Shown here one piece after another: positions 45,673 through 55,627 of a DNA stretch of 64,000 nucleotides (positions are counted from its first letter, which is position 1; the number at the start of each line of letters is the position of its first letter). This DNA comes from Candidatus Nealsonbacteria bacterium. Its GTDB lineage: Bacteria > Patescibacteriota > Minisyncoccia > Minisyncoccales > JANBVM01. The notes beneath the pieces were generated by a model. The model saw only the letters and a program-made list of their open reading frames with translations. It was not told the DNA's origin and did not search any database. Position numbers and translations under genes: made by a program. The stretch spans positions 130,000 through 193,999 of the forward strand of contig CP061210.1 in NCBI GenBank assembly GCA_026016225.1. Reading direction: 5' to 3'.

Positions 45673-45980
45673 ATTATTTATTTTAAGCACAAAAATAAAC
45701 TAAGTCAATTTTTACAAATAAAAAAGGAACTAAGTTCCTTTAACACGTTTAAGTTGGAATTTTTATTTAAAAGTTAGGAACACTAATGCACAACTTTTAC
45801 CCAGTTTATCAACAAAACAGGGATCTTTACCCTAATTTTACATTCTCTTGACTTGTAGTATAATTATAGAAGAACAAAAGAATAAAAGAATTAACCCCGG
45901 ACTTATTTTACAAAAAAAAGCATTCTTTCTTAAAATTAAAAATCCGCATAATTACTGCGGAATTTATCGCCTAATTCTTT

Positions 45981-47327
45981 ATGAACCAAGAAGAGCTCTG
46001 GCAGGCAGTTTTAGCCCAAATTCAATTACAAATTTCCTCCGCAAATTTTGCAACCTGGTTTAAAAATACCCAGATTGTCTCCCAGAGAGATGGGCTTGTC
46101 TTTGTTTCCGTTCCTAACTCATTCGCTAAAGAATGGCTTGAACAAAAATATAATAAAACTATTTTTAAGGTCTTACATAATTTAGATAAACAAATTAAGG
46201 GGGTAAGGTATGAAACGGGAAAAACAGGTTTAAAAACTCTAAAAAAGATAACCTTCTTTCCGAAAACCGAGCAATTAGAGTTTCAAGAATTTGAAGTTGA
46301 AAGAGAAACAAATCTTAACCCAAGATATACTTTTAACAATTTTGTCGTGGGACCCTTCAATGAATTGGCTCACGCAGCAGGATGGGCAATAACGCAAAAC
46401 CCTGGCAAGGTTTATAACCCTCTCTTTGTTTATGGAGGGGTTGGCTTGGGAAAAACTCATCTTTTACAAGCTATTGGTAATAAAATAATAAAGAATTTCC
46501 ACCAAAAAAAAGTCAAGTACATCCCAACGGAAAAATTTGTCTCAGAGGTTATATCTGCAATTAGAAATCGTCAAATTGAAAAACTTAAATTAGAATATCA
46601 AAAAAATGATGTTTTAATTATAGATGATGTTCAATTCTTAGCCGGCAAGGAAAAAACGCAAGAAGAATTCTTTTATACTTTTAATAGTTTATATGAAAAA
46701 AACAAACAAATAGTTCTTTCTTCTGACCACTCGCCAAAAGCTATTCCATCCTTAACGGAAAGATTAAGGTCCCGCTTTGAGGGGGGGATGATGGCTGACA
46801 TATCTCTTCCCGACCTGGAAACAAGAATAGCTATTTTAAAATCTAAATGCCAGGAAAGAAAGACTGAACTCCCCGAAGATATTTTAAACTATATCGCCTC
46901 TATTATTAAACGAAACATTAGAGAGTTAGAGGGGGCCCTAAATATATTAATCGCCTATCAAAAATTAAATGGTTCTCAGCCCGATTTAAAAACAACAAAA
47001 TCTCTATTAAAAAATTTAATTTCTTCTCAAAATAAAATTGTTAATGCAAAGAGAATAATTCACACAGTAGCTAATTTTTATGATTTAAGGGAAAAAGATT
47101 TAATCTCTGTATCAAGAAAAAGAGAAATTGTCCTCCCAAGGCAGATAGCAATGTATTTATTAAGAAAGGAACTAAAAGCATCCTTTCCCTTTATCGGTAG
47201 AAAGCTTGGCGGTAAAGACCACACTACGGCTATTCATGCCTGTGAAAAAATCAATAGAGAAATAGAAAAAGATGAAGGTTTAAACCAGGAAATCGGGTTA
47301 ATAAGACAGAGAATTTTATATGGATAA
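45981..47327 (+). CDS. dnaA: chromosomal replication initiator DnaA
   Basis: WQAVLAQIQLQIS N-terminus, Walker A GGVGLGKTHLL, DDVQFL, and the C-terminal DNA-binding block GRKLGGKDHTTAIHA. Confidence 0.95.
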   Translation: MNQEELWQAVLAQIQLQISSANFATWFKNTQIVSQRDGLVFVSVPNSFAKEWLEQKYNKTIFKVLHNLDKQIKGVRYETGKTGLKTLKKITFFPKTEQLEFQEFEVERETNLNPRYTFNNFVVGPFNELAHAAGWAITQNPGKVYNPLFVYGGVGLGKTHLLQAIGNKIIKNFHQKKVKYIPTEKFVSEVISAIRNRQIEKLKLEYQKNDVLIIDDVQFLAGKEKTQEEFFYTFNSLYEKNKQIVLSSDHSPKAIPSLTERLRSRFEGGMMADISLPDLETRIAILKSKCQERKTELPEDILNYIASIIKRNIRELEGALNILIAYQKLNGSQPDLKTTKSLLKNLISSQNKIVNAKRIIHTVANFYDLREKDLISVSRKREIVLPRQIAMYLLRKELKASFPFIGRKLGGKDHTTAIHACEKINREIEKDEGLNQEIGLIRQRILYG

Positions 47328-47387
47328 ATATGGGGAAAAAATTAAGAAAACTAAAGGCCGAAAATATACAATTTAAAAAATAACAAT

Positions 47388-47396
47388 TTATCCACA
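47388..47396 (+). promoter_or_regulatory. perfect DnaA box TTATCCACA in the dnaA-dnaN spacer
   Basis: Exact 9-mer match to the consensus. A one-mismatch box, TTATCAACA, lies at 45806-45814 in the rpmH-dnaA spacer. Confidence 0.6.
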
Positions 47397-47480
47397 ATAA
47401 ATCCCGAAAAAATCCCCAAATATTACCCAATTCATTTCCTCTAAAAAACCAAAGAATAAACAATAACAACAACAATAACA

Positions 47481-48605
47481 ATGAAATTAATTATATTAAA
47501 AGAAAAATTAAAAGAGGGTATAAATATAGTTGAAAAAATTTCACAAAAATCCTTAACCCTACCTATTTTACAGAATACGTTTTTAAAGGCGGAAAAAAAT
47601 TTTTTAAAACTCTCAACAACTAATTTAGAGTCGGGTATAAGTTGGCAGAACTTAGCTAAGATAGAAAAAGAAGGAAAAATATGTATTCCAACCCGATTTT
47701 TATCCACCCTTCTTAATTTTTTACCCGACAAACCCATAAGCTTAGAACTAAAAGATTTTACCCTATCTTTGGAGTGTGAAAATTATACTACTAAAATAAA
47801 GGGATTGAATCCGGAAGACTTCCCAATTATTCCTCAACCAAAAGAAGGAGAGAGTGTTAGTATTTCTAATTCTAAGTTTTGCCAGGCTTTAAATCAAATT
47901 GTTAATATTCCCTCCCCATCTACAACAAGGCCCGAAATTTCAGGAATTTTTTTAATTCTTCAAAAAGATTTAATTAAAATGGTAGCAACCGATAGTTTTA
48001 GATTGGCCGAGAGAAAAATCTTCATTAAAACAAATCTTTCTAAGGAGTATTCTTTAATCCTTCCTCACTCAGCAGCAAAAGAAATTATTAGTATTTTTGG
48101 CGAAAAAGAAGGTGATTTAAAAATCTACCTTTCACCCAATCAAATTTTATTTGAATATATAACAGGTGAAATTTCTCAACCTCAAATTCAATTTACGTCA
48201 CGGCTTATTGAAGGAGAATACCCAAATTATGAAGAAATAATACCTAAAAAATATGAAACCCAAATTCAGGTTCAAAAGAAAGATTTTCTAAATCAGATTA
48301 AAACGGCCAGTCTTTTCAGTGGTAAAATAAACGAAGTTAAATTAAGTATTGATTCAAAAAAAGGAAAAATTAATGTTTTTAGTCAGAGCCCTGATTTGGG
48401 GGAGTATAAAGGGTTTTCAAAAGGAAATATTAAGGGAAAAGATATTGTGATTTCTTTTAATCACCGCTTTTTAATTGATGGTATTTCAGAAGTAAAAGGA
48501 AAAGAATTGAATTTTGAACTAACAAACGAAGATGGACCGGCTGCCTTAAAACCCCTGGGCAGCCAGGACTATCTTTATATAATAATGCCCATTAAGGCTA
48601 GTTAA
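47481..48605 (+). CDS. dnaN: DNA polymerase III beta sliding clamp
   Basis: 374 aa immediately after dnaA, with a three-domain clamp pattern (ATDSFRLAE, SRLIEGEYPNYE). Confidence 0.9.
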   Translation: MKLIILKEKLKEGINIVEKISQKSLTLPILQNTFLKAEKNFLKLSTTNLESGISWQNLAKIEKEGKICIPTRFLSTLLNFLPDKPISLELKDFTLSLECENYTTKIKGLNPEDFPIIPQPKEGESVSISNSKFCQALNQIVNIPSPSTTRPEISGIFLILQKDLIKMVATDSFRLAERKIFIKTNLSKEYSLILPHSAAKEIISIFGEKEGDLKIYLSPNQILFEYITGEISQPQIQFTSRLIEGEYPNYEEIIPKKYETQIQVQKKDFLNQIKTASLFSGKINEVKLSIDSKKGKINVFSQSPDLGEYKGFSKGNIKGKDIVISFNHRFLIDGISEVKGKELNFELTNEDGPAALKPLGSQDYLYIIMPIKAS

Positions 48606-48701
48606 TCCAACAAAAAAACACTTTTTTAAAGTGAAATAATTCATAGAAGGAACCAGTCGCTCCGCTCCCTGTAATTACTTCGTAATTGAGAAAGCATTAT
48701 T

Positions 48702-50672
48702 TTATGGAGTTATATTGGGTTCTTGTTCAGGGGGTTTAAATTCTTCTTTTTGGAATTCTGGCAATACCTGTTCCATAAAATTATGGAAAATAGGTCCTGC
48801 TAAAACAACTCCTGGTTTTTCCGACATAGCTTCATTATTATTATTGCCCACCCAAACCCCAACAACTATCGAAGGGGAATATCCAATTGTCCAGGCATCT
48901 CTAGAGTTTTGAGTTGTTCCGGTCTTAGCTGCTACTTGATAATCTTTAAAATATAAATTTGATGAAGGGCCGAACATGGGAGTTCGAGCCTCATTGTCTG
49001 ATAAAATATTATTTATTAAACGTGCTGTTTCATTATTTAAAACTCTCATTGGGGTTTTTTTGTTTTCTTCAATAATACTTCCAGATGAATCTTCTATTTT
49101 TAAAATAGAAACAGGGGGGATTCTTAGACCATCATTAGCAAAAACCCCATAAGCAGAAGTAATTTCTAATAGTTTTACTTCCCAGCTGCCCAGAACAATG
49201 GCGGGTCCGTAAGGAGGATTTAACGTGGTGATACCTAAATCTTTGGCTGTTTTTATACTTTCTGGTAAACCCGCCAAATTAAGGAGAACTTTTACTGAAG
49301 GAACATTAAGAGATTGAGCTAAGGCAGTTCTTAAAGTTACTTCTCCCCGGAAAATACCATCATAATTCTTGGGGATATAATCTTCTCCTCCCCAAGGTCC
49401 AAAATTAGTAAGTTTGTCTATAACAGTGTTTTTGTCATTATATCCTTTTTGAAAAGCGGTAGCATAGACAAAAGGCTTAAACGCCGAACCGGGCTGACGG
49501 CCAGGATTAGTTTCCGTTCCAACCACCACGTTAAATTGAGGATCAAATAAACAAGTTTGACCCTCAATACAGTTTTCTGGAAAAGGTTGAGCATAATAAT
49601 TCCCCGTTCCCACTGTCATAGCTAAAATTTCACCGTTTTTTGGATTAATTGCTACCAAACCCGCATTATGAGCGTTGTATATTTTATTTTCCTTAACTCT
49701 TTCCCTTACTATCCCTTCAGCCATTTGTTGGATTTCCCAATTTAAAGAAGTATATATTTTTAACCCCTTTTTCCTTAAAAACTCTTCACTATATTTTTTT
49801 TCTAACTGTTGTTTTACCCATAAGGTGAAATAAGGAGCTTTAATTTGAACTGATTTTTCAATAAAGCTTATCTCTTCTTTTTTAGATTCATCAGCTTTTT
49901 CTTTAGATAAAAAACCTTCTTTCACCATTCTATCTAAAACATAATCTTTTCTAACTAAAAGATTATCCTTATTCTCTCCATAGGGAGAAAGACGGTAGGG
50001 AGCTTGAATTAAGGCAGCCAAAACAGCTGATTCAGAAACTGAAATTTCAGATACAGATTTATTAAAATAGGTTTGACTTGCTGCCTCCGCCCCATAGGCG
50101 TTTTGACCAAACGGAACCTGGTTTAAATACCATTCAAGAATTTCATTTTTAGAGTAGCGACGATCCAATTCGAGAGATAAAATAATTTCACGGAATTTTC
50201 TCTCGGGCGTTTTTTCTAACGATAGAAAGGTGGACCTAATCAACTGTTGGGGGATTGTGGAACCTCCATAAACAAGCCTTCCGATTTTTAAATCAGCTAA
50301 AACAGCTCTAATAATTCCTTTCAAATCAACTCCAAAATGATTATAAAAATTCGCATCTTCAGCTGAAATTACAGCCTGTTTTAAATAGTAGGGTATGGAG
50401 TCTAAAGAAACCCAGGTCCTCTTTTCCTCACCGTAAATCTCATATAAGAGGATTTGGCCCGTTTTATCATAAATTTTAGTAGATTGAGCAAGTTGTCTTT
50501 CGGTAAATATTTCAGGTCTTGGGAAGTCTTTGGCATAATAGATAAACAGGAAGAGAAAACAAAAAGCAGAAAACAGAAAACAGAAAAAAATAAGTTTAAT
50601 GATTAAATTTATACCCCTCTTTTTCTTTTTGGTTTTTTTATAGGTTTTTCTATAATATTTTCTTTTTGGCAT
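48702..50672 (-). CDS. class A penicillin-binding protein (glycosyltransferase + transpeptidase)
   Basis: GT51 motifs EDANFYNHFGVD and GGSTIPQQL. Transpeptidase motifs SAFKPF (SxxK), SLN (SxN) and KTGTT. Confidence 0.9.
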   Translation of the reverse strand: MPKRKYYRKTYKKTKKKKRGINLIIKLIFFCFLFSAFCFLFLFIYYAKDFPRPEIFTERQLAQSTKIYDKTGQILLYEIYGEEKRTWVSLDSIPYYLKQAVISAEDANFYNHFGVDLKGIIRAVLADLKIGRLVYGGSTIPQQLIRSTFLSLEKTPERKFREIILSLELDRRYSKNEILEWYLNQVPFGQNAYGAEAASQTYFNKSVSEISVSESAVLAALIQAPYRLSPYGENKDNLLVRKDYVLDRMVKEGFLSKEKADESKKEEISFIEKSVQIKAPYFTLWVKQQLEKKYSEEFLRKKGLKIYTSLNWEIQQMAEGIVRERVKENKIYNAHNAGLVAINPKNGEILAMTVGTGNYYAQPFPENCIEGQTCLFDPQFNVVVGTETNPGRQPGSAFKPFVYATAFQKGYNDKNTVIDKLTNFGPWGGEDYIPKNYDGIFRGEVTLRTALAQSLNVPSVKVLLNLAGLPESIKTAKDLGITTLNPPYGPAIVLGSWEVKLLEITSAYGVFANDGLRIPPVSILKIEDSSGSIIEENKKTPMRVLNNETARLINNILSDNEARTPMFGPSSNLYFKDYQVAAKTGTTQNSRDAWTIGYSPSIVVGVWVGNNNNEAMSEKPGVVLAGPIFHNFMEQVLPEFQKEEFKPPEQEPNITP

Positions 50673-50753
50673 ATTATCTAATCATTATAATTACTTTTTA
50701 TTTTTTTTCAAAAAGAGAGTTGAAATTTTTAAATTTTAATTTATGATAAAAAT

Positions 50754-51947
50754 ATGATTAACAGCAACCCTAAAAAAATAGAAGAAGTTTTAAGTAAAGG
50801 AGTAAGCCAGATTTTGCCAGGCAAAAAAGGATTAAAGAGCTTGATGAGAAAACGCAAAATTAAGCTTTATCTTGGGATTGATCCGACATCTCCTAACATT
50901 CATCTTGGGAATGCTGTTTGTTTAAGAAAATTAAAAGAATTTCAAAACCTTGGGCATGAAATAATTTTTCTTATTGGAAGTTTTACTGCCCAGGTTGGTG
51001 ACCCTTCAGAAAGAGATAAAAAAAGGAAACCTTTAACCTTGACTCAGATAAAAGAAAACATGACTGCTTACAAAAAACAGGTAGCAAAAATACTTGATAT
51101 TTCTAAAGTTAAAGTTAAATACAACTCTAATTGGTTAACAAAACTTAAATTTAAAGATTTAATAGCCTTAGCTTCTCATTTTACCACCTCCCGTTTATTA
51201 GAAAGAGATATGTTTCAAAAAAGATTAAAACAAGGAAGAGAGGTATGGTTAAGTGAATTATTATATCCTTTAATGCAAGGTTATGATTCGGTAGCAATGA
51301 ACGTTGATTTGGAGATAGGTGGCACCGATCAAACTTTTAATATGTTGGTAGGGAGGAAATTACAAAGGATTTATAATAAGAAAGAAAAGTTTATTTTAAC
51401 AGTTCCTTTGCTAACCGGTTTAGATGGTAGGAAAATGAGTAAAACCTATAATAATGTTGTTAATTTAACCGATAAACCAAACGAGATGTATGGAAAAATT
51501 ATGTCTTTGAAAGATAATTTAATTACTCATTATTTTGAGTTATGTGTTGGAAGTCCTTTAGCCGAGATTAAAAAAATGGAAAAAATGTTGAAATTAAAGA
51601 AAGTTAACCCAAGAGATTTAAAAGCTAAATTAGCCAAAGAAATTGTTAGAATTTATTATGGGACAAGAGCAGCAAAAAAAGCTGAACAAGACTTTAATAG
51701 AGTTTTTAAGGAAAAGAAACTGCCATTAAAAATCGAGGAAATAAAGATAAAAGAAAAAGAACTTAATATCTTGGTTCTTTTATTAAAAACAAAAAAAGTT
51801 GCTTCAAAATCTGAGGCAAAAAGATTAATTTTACAAAGAGCAATTAAAATTGATAAGGTTTTAAAGGAAAATTGGCGAGAGGTGGTTAAAATAAAAAAAG
51901 GTTCTGTAATTAAAATCGGTAAAAAAAAGTTTATAAAAATAATTTAA
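50754..51947 (+). CDS. tyrS: tyrosine--tRNA ligase
   Basis: The HIGH-type motif PNIHLGN, KMSKT, and a C-terminal S4-like domain. Confidence 0.85.
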   Translation: MINSNPKKIEEVLSKGVSQILPGKKGLKSLMRKRKIKLYLGIDPTSPNIHLGNAVCLRKLKEFQNLGHEIIFLIGSFTAQVGDPSERDKKRKPLTLTQIKENMTAYKKQVAKILDISKVKVKYNSNWLTKLKFKDLIALASHFTTSRLLERDMFQKRLKQGREVWLSELLYPLMQGYDSVAMNVDLEIGGTDQTFNMLVGRKLQRIYNKKEKFILTVPLLTGLDGRKMSKTYNNVVNLTDKPNEMYGKIMSLKDNLITHYFELCVGSPLAEIKKMEKMLKLKKVNPRDLKAKLAKEIVRIYYGTRAAKKAEQDFNRVFKEKKLPLKIEEIKIKEKELNILVLLLKTKKVASKSEAKRLILQRAIKIDKVLKENWREVVKIKKGSVIKIGKKKFIKII

Positions 51948-51962
51948 GAATAGAAGTTTGTT

Positions 51963-52430
51963 TTAAGCCTCCTTTAGAAGATAAGTGATGGCAATTGCCA
52001 GGGCGTCAGCAGCATGGCTTGGTTTTGGAACCTCTTTTAGTTTAAGCATTTTCTTTATTTTTTTCTGAACTTCTTTTTTGTCCGCCCGCCCGTTCCCGGT
52101 AATTGCTAACTTTACCTGAAGAGGGCTAAATTCATAGACCGGAACTTTTTTTTTCGCTGCCGTCAAAAGAATTGAACCTTTAGCTTGCGAGACAGGAATG
52201 GCTGTTTTTAAATTTTTAAAAAAATAAACGTTTTCTATTGCTAAAACGTCAGGTTTATACTCTTTTATTATTTTAGAGAGCTTGTTGTTTATTATTCTTA
52301 AGCGTTCCCCTGGATTTGAATTAGGAACAGTATGAATTACATTATAGTTTAAACACTTTAAAGTTTTGGCTTTCTTAACAATCCCATAACCCGTATTAGC
52401 CGTACCGGGATCAATACCTAAGACAATCAT
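51963..52430 (-). CDS. ruvC: crossover junction endodeoxyribonuclease RuvC
   Basis: IVLGIDPG and AIENVYF at the N-terminus, and a C-terminal HAADALAIA. Confidence 0.9.
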   Translation of the reverse strand: MIVLGIDPGTANTGYGIVKKAKTLKCLNYNVIHTVPNSNPGERLRIINNKLSKIIKEYKPDVLAIENVYFFKNLKTAIPVSQAKGSILLTAAKKKVPVYEFSPLQVKLAITGNGRADKKEVQKKIKKMLKLKEVPKPSHAADALAIAITYLLKEA

Positions 52431-53161
52431 AGTTCCACATTAGAGTATATGTCTTGTACGTCATCGTTTTCATCTAAGGCTTCAAAAAGTTTTAAACAAG
52501 AAGCTTTTTCTTTTTCTTTTAAATTAATTGTTTCTTTAGGTTTCCAATCTAAGGAGCTTGATTCAATTTTAACTTCTTTTTCTTCTAATATTTTTTTTGC
52601 TTCTTCCAAACTTTCAGTACTAACATAGATGTCTAAATTACCGTTGCGCCAGCCAACATCTTCGGCCCCGGCTTCAATAGCTATTAATTCCAGGTTTTCT
52701 TTATTTTGTAACTCTTCTTTTTGTTCTTTTATATTTATAGTAATACACCCCTTCCTTTCAAACATCCATCTTACAGCTCCCTCTTTTACTAATTTTCCGT
52801 TATACTGGTTTAATGTTTTTTTAACCTCTCCGAGAGCTCTATTTTTGTTATCGGTGATTCCTTCAATAAGGAGAGCTGTTCCTGCTGGACCATAAGCCTC
52901 AAAAAGAATTTCTTCAAGTTTTTCTCCGGTAAGTTCTCCGCTGCTCCTTTTTATAGCTCTCTCTATATTGTCATTGGGCATATTATAAGAGCGAGCCGTT
53001 TCAATAGCTATTCGTAATTTAGTATTAATTTCAGGATTAGGTCCCCCTTCTTTTACTGCAACGGAAATTAATCTGGCCATTTTCGAAAAAATCTTGCCTC
53101 TTTTTTTAGCATCCAGGTCTTTTTTATGTTTTACGGTTCTGGCATGAGAATGTCCTGACAT
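52427..53161 (-). CDS. yebC: YebC/PmpR family DNA-binding regulator
   Basis: MSGHSHARTVKHKKDLDAKKRGKIFSK is the canonical YebC N-terminus. Confidence 0.9.
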   Translation of the reverse strand: MSGHSHARTVKHKKDLDAKKRGKIFSKMARLISVAVKEGGPNPEINTKLRIAIETARSYNMPNDNIERAIKRSSGELTGEKLEEILFEAYGPAGTALLIEGITDNKNRALGEVKKTLNQYNGKLVKEGAVRWMFERKGCITINIKEQKEELQNKENLELIAIEAGAEDVGWRNGNLDIYVSTESLEEAKKILEEKEVKIESSSLDWKPKETINLKEKEKASCLKLFEALDENDDVQDIYSNVEL

Positions 53162-53220
53162 AAAAATAAGTGAATTAGTAAATAAATTAGTGAGTTAATA
53201 AGTATTTTTCTAAATTAACC

Positions 53221-54021
53221 TTATCTTATTTTTGGTAATAAATCAAATTTTTTTATTTTCTTTTTTAAAAATAAGATTGTTATAGCGGAGAATACAGCTA
53301 AGGCCAGGGCAATTAAAAAAACATCAGAAGAATCAGGCTTCTCTTCAAAAACCTGTTTACCGACAGCAGCTAATCCCTCTTTTTCAGCTTCTTCCTCTTT
53401 TTTATCTTTCGGCTGTTCGGTTTCTTTCACAATTTCCAGAAACCCTGCTTCTATGGATTTTAAGCTGTTTTTTGTTTTTGGTGTACCGCCAGAATTTTGG
53501 GAGATTTGCCAATTTTTAGAATTATTTCCAGTAAGCTGGGGGCTTTTTCTTTCCATTGTTTGTTTGGTAGAGTTGTCGCCCGCAAACCAGTCATTAGTAC
53601 AACTTACCTCGTCAATTAGATTATTTTGTTTATCAAGAAGCTTTAGATACTCTCCTTTATTATTTAAAGCCCCGGTATATATTTGGTCAGCCACTATATC
53701 AGGAAGAGTAGTATCATCAGTTCTTTCTAATAAGTAAAAACCCTTACCGGGGATTATTCCTGTAAGGTTAATTTCTGGAGTGCCGTCAGCGGCTTTTAGC
53801 GACCATCCATCAAGATTTATTGATAAATCGGTATTATTATATAGCTCAATCCATTCGTCACTATATGAAGTTTTAGTACCCATCCATGCTATTTCGTTAA
53901 CAACAATATCAAAGGGACTAGCTGCTTTAACAGGAAGTGTAATAAAAATTAAAAGCAGTATTATACCTGCTTTTAATATAGAAGATAAAAAGGTAGTGGG
54001 AGGGGTTGACAAATTTTCCAT
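53221..54021 (-). CDS. lamin-tail-domain (LTD) surface protein with N-terminal signal and C-terminal TM anchor
   Basis: IVVNEIAWMGT...DEWIELYNNTDLSINLDGWSL matches the LTD pattern. Hydrophobic segments are present at both ends. Confidence 0.65.
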   Translation of the reverse strand: MENLSTPPTTFLSSILKAGIILLLIFITLPVKAASPFDIVVNEIAWMGTKTSYSDEWIELYNNTDLSINLDGWSLKAADGTPEINLTGIIPGKGFYLLERTDDTTLPDIVADQIYTGALNNKGEYLKLLDKQNNLIDEVSCTNDWFAGDNSTKQTMERKSPQLTGNNSKNWQISQNSGGTPKTKNSLKSIEAGFLEIVKETEQPKDKKEEEAEKEGLAAVGKQVFEEKPDSSDVFLIALALAVFSAITILFLKKKIKKFDLLPKIR

Positions 54022-54048
54022 AATATATTAAAATAAAGAATATAAATA

Positions 54049-54172
54049 GAGCCCCAAGGCTGGGGGTTGGGAGTTTTTCTTAGTCGGATAACTTGGCTCA
54101 GGCTGAGTTACTCCTCGGAAAAATTCTAAGCTTTGCGTTCCTAATACCTAGTGACCCCCAGCCTTGGGGCTT
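54049..54172. other. GC-rich structured element closed by a 16-bp perfect stem (candidate ncRNA or miniature inverted-repeat element)
   Basis: GCCCCAAGGCTGGGGG (54051-54066) pairs perfectly with CCCCCAGCCTTGGGGC (54155-54170) around an 88-nt core that contains further pairing (CTTAG/CTAAG, GGATAAC/GTTACTCC). The surrounding intergenic DNA is AT-rich. Confidence 0.5.
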
Positions 54173-54173
54173 T

Positions 54174-55511
54174 TTACTCTTCGCCTGTTACCCGTTCTAC
54201 TTCTTCAATAGTGGTTATTTTTTCTAAAACCTTTGTCATTCCGTCTTGATACATAGTAATCATTCCTTTTTTTATCGCTTTTTCTCTTAAAGCAGCGATG
54301 GAAGGAAAAGTTAAAATAAGTTTTTCTAATTCATCATCAATTAAGAAAGCTTCATATAATCCGGTTCTTTCTCGATAACCGGTAAAATTACAATCTTTAC
54401 AACCTACGGCTTTAGGAATTTTTATCTCAGGTTTTATTTTCCAACCTTTATTTATTTTTGGAATATCCTTTAAGGCTTTTTTAAGCTTTTTTAAATCAGA
54501 AGGCGAAATTTTTTCAAGTTTAAAACAGCTTTTACAGACCTTTCTGACAAGCCTTTGAGCAATAGCTATATTTATAGCCGGAGCTATATTAATCGGTTTT
54601 TCTCCTAAGGCCTGCAGTCTGGCGATTGTACCGGCTGCATCATTTGTGTGTAAAGTGGTAAAAACCAGATGTCCGGTTAAAGCAGCTTGAAGAGCGATAC
54701 TGGCTGTCTCCAAATCCCTGATTTCTCCTACTAAAACAACGTCAGGGTCCTGACGCATAATAGACCTTAGACCATTAGCAAAATCATAACCTTTAGCAGG
54801 ATTTACCTGGGTCTGAGAGATGCCTTTTAAGTGATACTCAATCGGGTCTTCGATAGTAATGATTTTGTTTTCTGGCTTTTGAACTTTTTTTAAAAAAGCA
54901 TATAAAGTAGTAGTTTTACCAGACCCCGTAGGGCCTGTAACTATCACCATGCCGTTAGGTTTTTTTATTTCTTTATTAACGAGTTTCAATAAATCTTCTC
55001 TTAATCCTAAAGTTTCCAGGTCAATTAAACTTTTAGGGTTTAAGATTCTCAGGACTATTGTTTCTCCATACTCTGTTGGAAGGGTGGAGGTTCTAATCTC
55101 TATCATATAAGATTTTGTTATAGCTTTTGTCACATCTTCTGGTATTAAAACAGAAAATCGGCCGTCCTGAGGCCGATCATCAATATTTAACTTAAGCCCT
55201 GAAACAAGCTTAATTCTTGAAACAAGTTTTTGATATATTTTTTTGTCGATAGAAAAAACATCCTGTAAAAGACCGTCAATCCTAACTCGGATTTTTACCT
55301 CTTTTTCTTTAGGTTCAATATGAATATCAGAAGCGCCTAAATTAATCGTTCCCCCTAAAATAATCTCCAAGAGTTCAGTCAGTCTTCCCTTTAAAGAATC
55401 TTCAATTTTATCTTTAAAAGAGGGAAGGTTTTTTATTTCTTTTTGGATTTCAGTTAGAATCTCAGTAGGGATTATTACTTGCCCCGTAATCTTTTTTGAA
55501 ATTTCAGGCAT
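54174..55511 (-). CDS. GspE/PilB-family type II/IV secretion (type IV pilus) ATPase
   Basis: Walker A GPTGSGKTT, the Asp box, Walker B VVLVGEIRD, the His box, and a C-terminal Cys cluster (CKSC...CKDC). Confidence 0.85.
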   Translation of the reverse strand: MPEISKKITGQVIIPTEILTEIQKEIKNLPSFKDKIEDSLKGRLTELLEIILGGTINLGASDIHIEPKEKEVKIRVRIDGLLQDVFSIDKKIYQKLVSRIKLVSGLKLNIDDRPQDGRFSVLIPEDVTKAITKSYMIEIRTSTLPTEYGETIVLRILNPKSLIDLETLGLREDLLKLVNKEIKKPNGMVIVTGPTGSGKTTTLYAFLKKVQKPENKIITIEDPIEYHLKGISQTQVNPAKGYDFANGLRSIMRQDPDVVLVGEIRDLETASIALQAALTGHLVFTTLHTNDAAGTIARLQALGEKPINIAPAINIAIAQRLVRKVCKSCFKLEKISPSDLKKLKKALKDIPKINKGWKIKPEIKIPKAVGCKDCNFTGYRERTGLYEAFLIDDELEKLILTFPSIAALREKAIKKGMITMYQDGMTKVLEKITTIEEVERVTGEE

Positions 55512-55627
55512 AAGAGTTTAAAATGAAAATAATCTAAAGGTTAATTAATTGAATTTATCTCATTCTTTTTAAAAAGTCAATCTTGAGGAGAGATTATAAT
55601 CTCCCTTAAAAATTTTTAGACAAGTAA

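Noticed and set aside
54049-54172. Identifying the GC-rich structured element as SRP (4.5S) RNA or 6S RNA.
   Set aside because: On neither strand could I find the conserved SRP helix-8 pattern of a GNAR tetraloop flanked by the AGCA and GG loops. The element is also too short for a typical 6S RNA. Its identity is left open rather than assigned.
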